From Myxococcota bacterium (GTDB taxonomy: Bacteria > Myxococcota_A > UBA796 > JAJRTE01), in contig JAJRTE010000237.1 in assembly GCA_024278455.1 (NCBI GenBank), forward strand, positions 2,955-66,954: a DNA stretch of 64,000 nucleotides, given 5' to 3'. Numbering within the stretch: position 1 is the stretch's first letter; the number at the start of each line of letters is the position of its first letter. Under the pieces are notes generated by a model that was given only the letters and a program-made list of their open reading frames with translations, was not told the DNA's origin and searched no databases. Below are positions 59,078 through 64,000 of this stretch, piece after piece. The translations under genes were made by a program, and so were the position numbers.

Positions 59078-60820
59078 TCAGGGAGGAGGGCGAGGTTCCT
59101 GCCAGGGCCGGAGGCCATGGACGTGAACACGGGCACCGGTGGATAGCGCCAACGTCGCCACGCGCTCCCATTTGTGCGCCTGGACCTCGAGCACGCTCAG
59201 GATAGGCAACGCCTCGAGGGCGTCCAGCGCATGGCGCTCGGCCATGACGCGACGAATGGATTCCGTTGTGGGGAACGTCCGGCGCGACGCCGTGACATAG
59301 ACGAAGGCATCCATCAGGCGGAGATTCTCGTAGAAGCCTTCCGGGTTCTGGATCAGCCCGTTGACGATGGCATGGGGGAATGCACAACGAACGAAAAAGG
59401 TGAGGTACCCCTCGAAAAACAGCGAATCCTCGCTGAACGTGCCGACGCGGAACACCGGCGTGGCGCGACGAACGTTCCCCAGGGCATCGAGGATCCCGGG
59501 GATCCTGAAGTCCTCGTCGATAGGCGGTTGGGCCTGGACATACTTCGGAGCCACCCACGGCGGGGGGATGGGCGAACGCCCGAAAAGGACACCCAGATCC
59601 ACCAGCCGCGGCGTCCCCCCAACAGGTATGACGAACCGCTCGGCAACGGGACTGGTGCCGAACGAGAGTACCTGGTACTGTACCGCGCCGAGGCAAAGGG
59701 CGACACCGATGGCCAGGCTCCGCCTCCACCCCTGCCGCAGGGACATCAGCCCGGAGGCACCCAACAACGCCAACGCGGGGAGAATGGGAATCGTGTAGTA
59801 GATCTGCTTCTTCTGGATGAACGTGAACACGACAAGGGGGGCGATCAGCCACACCCACAGAAGCGACCGGCGCCGATCGCTGCGGAACGCGGCAAGAACC
59901 ACACCGAGACAGAGCACCAGCCCGAGACCGAATCCTACCTGGCCGTCCAGCAGGGTGAGAGGGTAGAACGCCAAGGTCGTCAAGGCGAGAGGGTCCCGTA
60001 TCTCGCTATGGGCCCCCGTGTCCTGAATCTCCCCGGCCATGACCTGGGAAAAGACCTCCTCCCGGTGATACTGGAAAAAGTTCACATAGTAGTAGCCGCA
60101 CACAAGCAATGCCAGCAGGACAGCAAGACCGGCGTTTCGCCACACAATACGCGGCCGGCCCGACAGATGATGCGGCCTCGAGGCCAGGCCTGCCACCAGC
60201 ACCCAGGCGGCGGGAAACGCGAGAAAAAAAGCCCCTGACAACCGGTCGACCAGCATGGTCAGGCCTGCGCAGACCCCGAACAGAAGACTGCGGCCGGTGC
60301 GGGAAAACCGGCGGCTCGAGTCCAGGAGCACCATCGAGCAGGCGACCATGGCGGTGAGGGGAACGTTGGGCTCGAAGTGCCGCAAGTTACCGAAAATCGA
60401 CGGAAAGAAGCACAACAACACAGCGGCCAGCAGCCCCGTGCCCCAGGTGTCCAGCCGGGCACCTAGCAGGTACACCGAAACCAGCAGCAACGCCAGGTAG
60501 AGGAGGTTGGCACCCACGAAAGCGTCGCGCGACACCCCGGCGGCCAGGAACGGGAACGCGGTGAGATACTGCAGGGGCGGCCAGTACTGCTCGAACAGCA
60601 GGTTGTGCAGCACCGTCCACGAACGCTCCTGCCAGGCGACCCACAACTCGAGCGCGTTTCCAAGGTGAAAGATCTCGTTCTGGTAGCCGTTGGGAAGGGT
60701 GTTCCGGTCGAGCCACCGCCACATACCCAGGGCATGGGCGACGAACACACCCGCCAGCACGATGGGGACGAGCCAACGGGAGGCTCTCGAGGCGGCCAAC
60801 AGGTGGTCCGTGGGTTTCAC
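59078..60820 (-). CDS. GT39/ArnT-PMT-like membrane glycosyltransferase
   Basis: Multi-TM; EIFH, YWPPLQY, FEPNVPL, KKQIYYTIPILP; start codon uncertain (GTG). Confidence 0.75.
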   Translation of the reverse strand: MKPTDHLLAASRASRWLVPIVLAGVFVAHALGMWRWLDRNTLPNGYQNEIFHLGNALELWVAWQERSWTVLHNLLFEQYWPPLQYLTAFPFLAAGVSRDAFVGANLLYLALLLVSVYLLGARLDTWGTGLLAAVLLCFFPSIFGNLRHFEPNVPLTAMVACSMVLLDSSRRFSRTGRSLLFGVCAGLTMLVDRLSGAFFLAFPAAWVLVAGLASRPHHLSGRPRIVWRNAGLAVLLALLVCGYYYVNFFQYHREEVFSQVMAGEIQDTGAHSEIRDPLALTTLAFYPLTLLDGQVGFGLGLVLCLGVVLAAFRSDRRRSLLWVWLIAPLVVFTFIQKKQIYYTIPILPALALLGASGLMSLRQGWRRSLAIGVALCLGAVQYQVLSFGTSPVAERFVIPVGGTPRLVDLGVLFGRSPIPPPWVAPKYVQAQPPIDEDFRIPGILDALGNVRRATPVFRVGTFSEDSLFFEGYLTFFVRCAFPHAIVNGLIQNPEGFYENLRLMDAFVYVTASRRTFPTTESIRRVMAERHALDALEALPILSVLEVQAHKWERVATLALSTGARVHVHGLRPWQEPRPPP

Positions 60821-60943
60821 GTTCGCGTCCCCATCCAGGTTTGCGGCGGCGCCCGGAGACGGCCGCGGGCGCGGTCCCCCCCTGGCCGCACGTCTCTCCA
60901 CCCCGGCCGCAGCGCTGACACCGGCCCACTCCGGGAGTCGTTC

Positions 60944-63151
60944 TCAGGACCCGTTCACCGGGCGATCCGCACCGATCGCGCCCACGAGCACCTCTTTCAA
61001 CGCCCGGTCGCGCAGGCGTCGCCGCAAGGCCTCCATGTCCGGGTACATGACCCGGTCCTCGTCGTAGCGCCGCAGGCCCAGCCCCTCCAGGGTGTCGATC
61101 ATGCGCCGAATCGGCTTCCCCGGCAACAGGGGCTCACGAAACTTCAGACCCTGGTACGCGGCCAGGAGTTCGATCGCGATGATGTATTCAAGGTGCTCGA
61201 GGACCTTGACGGCCTTGCGCGCGGCGATGGTGCCCATGCTCACGTGGTCCTCGGTGTTGGCACAGGTCGGAATGGAATCCACGCTGGCCGGATGGCTGAG
61301 GACCTTGCTCTCGGACACCAGGGCAGCGGCAGTGTACTGGGGAATCATGAAACCGCTGTTCAACCCGCTCGAGTCGATGAGAAAACCGGGCAGCCCGGCC
61401 GAGTGGTTTTCGTCGACGAGATGCGCAATGCGCCGCTCCGAGATGTTCCCGACTTCGGCCAGGGCGATGCACAGGTAGTCCATCCCGATGGCAATCGGTT
61501 CCCCGTGGAAGTTGCCCCCGCCGATCGTGTTGTCCCGGCACGCCTGGATCCGCTCCGCGCTCGCCTCGAGCCACGCTCGATACCCGTCGAGAGACATCCC
61601 GTCCCATCCCCCGGGCGGCTCCGGCGGAAACAGGAGCGGGTTGTCGCTTGCGGAATTGATCTCCACCTCGACGACCTCGGCCACGTGCCACAGGGCCCGG
61701 TAGGCACAGGCGAGCACCTGGGGAAAACAGCGGAACGAGTAGTCGTCCTGGACAAGGGGCTCGGTCGGGACCACTCGGTCGAGTTGTTCCACCACGTTGA
61801 CCAGCGCGGACTTGATCTTGGGCGTCGCCTCGCCGTCGGGAAACGTGAACTGCCCCACCGACTGGAGCAGGGCCACGGCATCCTGCCGCACCCGCCTGAG
61901 GAGGCGGTTGAACAACGCGATCTGCTCCCGCGCCGGCAGCGTCGCCCATTCGGCCAGACGGCTGTCATCCACATCCCCGCTCGCAGGGTCCACGGGGACC
62001 AATCGGGACAACCGGCCCGCCAGGCGGGACATCTCCCGCCGCAACTCGAGCACCGTCGCCGGTATCGCTTGCCCGGCATGCTCGAGTTCGCTCTCAAGGT
62101 CCGACAGGTGCTCCTGCGCGTCCCGCAGGTGTATCCGCCCGGCACGGTACAGGTGCGCGGTGTTCAGGTACGGCAGTTCGAGGATCCGGCTCTCCTTGCA
62201 CCACGCCCTGATCCGCCGCGCCGTCTCGGCCTGGTAGGACTGGTTCCGCGCGGCATGGATCTCCGGCCGATAGGCGTCGAGCACGCCGCGCGCGGCCTCG
62301 AGGCTCATGGCGGCGGCGACTTCGGCGAAACCCAGATCGAAGCTGGCGTCGTAGATCACCAGGCACGCGATGGCGGTCATGAACTGCGTGCCGTTGTTGA
62401 GTGCGAGCCCTTCCTTCTCCTTGAGTTCGATGGGCCGGAAGGCCCACCCTTCCCGCCGCGCCACTTCTTCGAACGACCGCGCGCCACCCTCTTCTCGTGA
62501 CACGTCGCCCCACGCCGGACCATCCCCGCCGCCGCCCGACCCCGCGAGGCGGGGGAAGGACACGAAATCGCTCGCCCGTGGCTCCTCGACCGGAAGGAGA
62601 GGATCGCGCCGGGACGCCCGCGGATAGTATCGTGCTCCGGGGTCTCCCATCACGAACAACGCCAAATGCGACAGCGGTGCCAGGTCTCCACTGGCGCCGA
62701 CCGACCCTTTCTCCGGAACGTAGGGGTAGATGTCGTCGTTCAGCATGGCCACCAGCCGCTCGAGCACCTCGACGCGAACGCCCGAGTAGCCCAGGCAAAG
62801 TGTGTTGAGCCTCAACAAGAGAGCGGCACGCACCACCTCCTCGGGAAACGGCGCACCGACTCCACAGGCATGGCTGCGAATCAGGTTCCGCTGCAACGCC
62901 TCCGCCTGCTCCGGCTCGATGAACTTGTCGCGAAGCTTGCCGAACCCGGTGGTCAACCCGTAGACCTTCTCCCGGTGGGCGAGCAGCACATCGACCATCA
63001 CCCGGCACCGCCCCACCCGGGCCAGGGCCTCGCCCGCGACCCTGACACGCCGGCGAAAACGGGCGACTGCTACCACCTGTTCGATGGTCAGGCTCCGCCC
63101 GTCGATGACAAGCTCCTCGCTGCTCTCGAACGCACAGGCAAACCGCTGCAT
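60944..63151 (-). CDS. hutH: Histidine ammonia-lyase (MIO family), 735 aa with large insertions
   Basis: VYGLTTGFG, LIRSHACG, GASGDLAPL, KEGLALNNGTQ, QDDYSFRC, GGNFHG, EDHVSM. Confidence 0.85.
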   Translation of the reverse strand: MQRFACAFESSEELVIDGRSLTIEQVVAVARFRRRVRVAGEALARVGRCRVMVDVLLAHREKVYGLTTGFGKLRDKFIEPEQAEALQRNLIRSHACGVGAPFPEEVVRAALLLRLNTLCLGYSGVRVEVLERLVAMLNDDIYPYVPEKGSVGASGDLAPLSHLALFVMGDPGARYYPRASRRDPLLPVEEPRASDFVSFPRLAGSGGGGDGPAWGDVSREEGGARSFEEVARREGWAFRPIELKEKEGLALNNGTQFMTAIACLVIYDASFDLGFAEVAAAMSLEAARGVLDAYRPEIHAARNQSYQAETARRIRAWCKESRILELPYLNTAHLYRAGRIHLRDAQEHLSDLESELEHAGQAIPATVLELRREMSRLAGRLSRLVPVDPASGDVDDSRLAEWATLPAREQIALFNRLLRRVRQDAVALLQSVGQFTFPDGEATPKIKSALVNVVEQLDRVVPTEPLVQDDYSFRCFPQVLACAYRALWHVAEVVEVEINSASDNPLLFPPEPPGGWDGMSLDGYRAWLEASAERIQACRDNTIGGGNFHGEPIAIGMDYLCIALAEVGNISERRIAHLVDENHSAGLPGFLIDSSGLNSGFMIPQYTAAALVSESKVLSHPASVDSIPTCANTEDHVSMGTIAARKAVKVLEHLEYIIAIELLAAYQGLKFREPLLPGKPIRRMIDTLEGLGLRRYDEDRVMYPDMEALRRRLRDRALKEVLVGAIGADRPVNGS

Positions 63152-63155
63152 GATA

Positions 63156-64000
63156 CTATTGCTTCCTCTTCCCCCCGGCCGATTCGCCGGAATCCCTTTC
63201 CCTGCCGGCGAGAACAGAGGCGGCCTGCTCCAGGCTCCCGGTCCACGTCCAGCCCGACGAGCGTTCGACCACGGACACCATCTCGCCGGTGCTCCCTTCG
63301 ACGACGATTTCGACTCCGGCGGACGCCGGCCGGGTACCTGTGGCACGGTCGCGCGCTGCTGCTCCTCCCCCCGCCCTCGCGGGGCACCAGACGACCGGGA
63401 GCTGTACCTGGCTACGCAGCCTGTCTGCCACGGTCAACGCCGCCAGGTCCAGGGCCGGATCGGCGCCCACGATCCGGATCCCCCTCGCATCGCTCGCGGG
63501 CCCGTGTCCCACGACCTCGAGCACGCGCTCCAGGCCAAAGGCGAACCCCACGGCGCTAAACAGGTTCTCAGGCGGTGCGCCAGGGTCCCGGGCGTCTGCG
63601 GCGCCAGCGGTCGCCACTGCCCGGTCGTAGATCCACCGGTAGAGCCGGTCGTACCGGCCCCCGCCGCAGAACCGCACCAGGTCGCCACCGGCGGCGGCGA
63701 ACCATTCGAACGTCACTCCCGTATAGTAGCCGATGGGCCGGCCTGACACGGGAGTCAGCTCCACGGACACCTCACGCCGCGACCGGACCTGCCCGGCCAG
63801 CCAGACCATGTCGTCCAGCATCGCCTCGAGATCGCCCTGGAGCGGCACCAGCGCCTCGAGTTCCTGTCCGAACGTGCCCGGGTCCGGGTCGAGTTCGGCC
63901 AGTGCCAGGAGCCGGCGGGATGTGCGGGAATCGATACCCCAGGCCTCCCGCCATGCGCGCTCGAGGCGGCTTGCAAGGTCCTCGAGGAGCCGGGTGCGCA
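63156..64000 (-). CDS. HisRS-fold protein (HisS or HisZ), C-terminal part; 5' end outside window
   Basis: RPIGYYTGVTFE, GGGRYD, GFAFGLERV; frame is open to the window edge. Confidence 0.75.
   Translation of the reverse strand, partial: RTRLLEDLASRLERAWREAWGIDSRTSRRLLALAELDPDPGTFGQELEALVPLQGDLEAMLDDMVWLAGQVRSRREVSVELTPVSGRPIGYYTGVTFEWFAAAGGDLVRFCGGGRYDRLYRWIYDRAVATAGAADARDPGAPPENLFSAVGFAFGLERVLEVVGHGPASDARGIRIVGADPALDLAALTVADRLRSQVQLPVVWCPARAGGGAAARDRATGTRPASAGVEIVVEGSTGEMVSVVERSSGWTWTGSLEQAASVLAGRERDSGESAGGKRKQ

Noticed and set aside
60605-62500. 631-aa plus-strand ORF
   Set aside because: Antisense shadow of hutH and GT39
1-64000. rRNA, tRNA, IS elements, integrases, prophage genes
   Set aside because: No supporting motifs seen on either strand

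Overview
High-GC (about 65-67%, spot estimate) bacterial chromosome segment. Gene content (sigma-54 bEBP two-component system, multiheme cytochrome/NrfD module, TPR/HEAT proteins, lipoproteins) suggests Myxococcota or another former delta-proteobacterium; this is inference. Most of the window is metabolic or envelope housekeeping: class I fumarase, NSS transporter, acyl-CoA dehydrogenase, HD-GYP regulator, VIT1 transporter, M49 peptidase, cobalamin adenosyltransferase, OPT transporter, HtrA, FadD, sucA-sucB-lpdA, GH9, PtsN, glnA, carbamoyltransferase, B12 radical SAM, ALDH, GT39, HAL and a HisS/HisZ-like gene. The best candidate for a new system is a 5.95-kb cassette at 18981-24934. It is bounded by a 72-bp imperfect direct repeat and holds two translationally coupled STAND-type ATPases with no recognisable effector (one small, one large with TPRs). 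Its promoter is built from five 16-bp tandem repeats, and the small ATPase has an in-frame TGA at codon 29. Other leads: window-wide over-representation of the palindrome CTCGAG (about 180 copies by hand count), a three-gene outer-membrane barrel plus two carbohydrate-binding-type lipoproteins, a histidine kinase with two periplasmic CxxCH motifs beside a cytochrome/FeS/NrfD module, and a 735-aa HAL with three large insertions coupled to a HisRS-like gene. I saw no rRNA, tRNA, CRISPR array, integrase or transposase. All calls are by-eye motif recognition; no searches were run.
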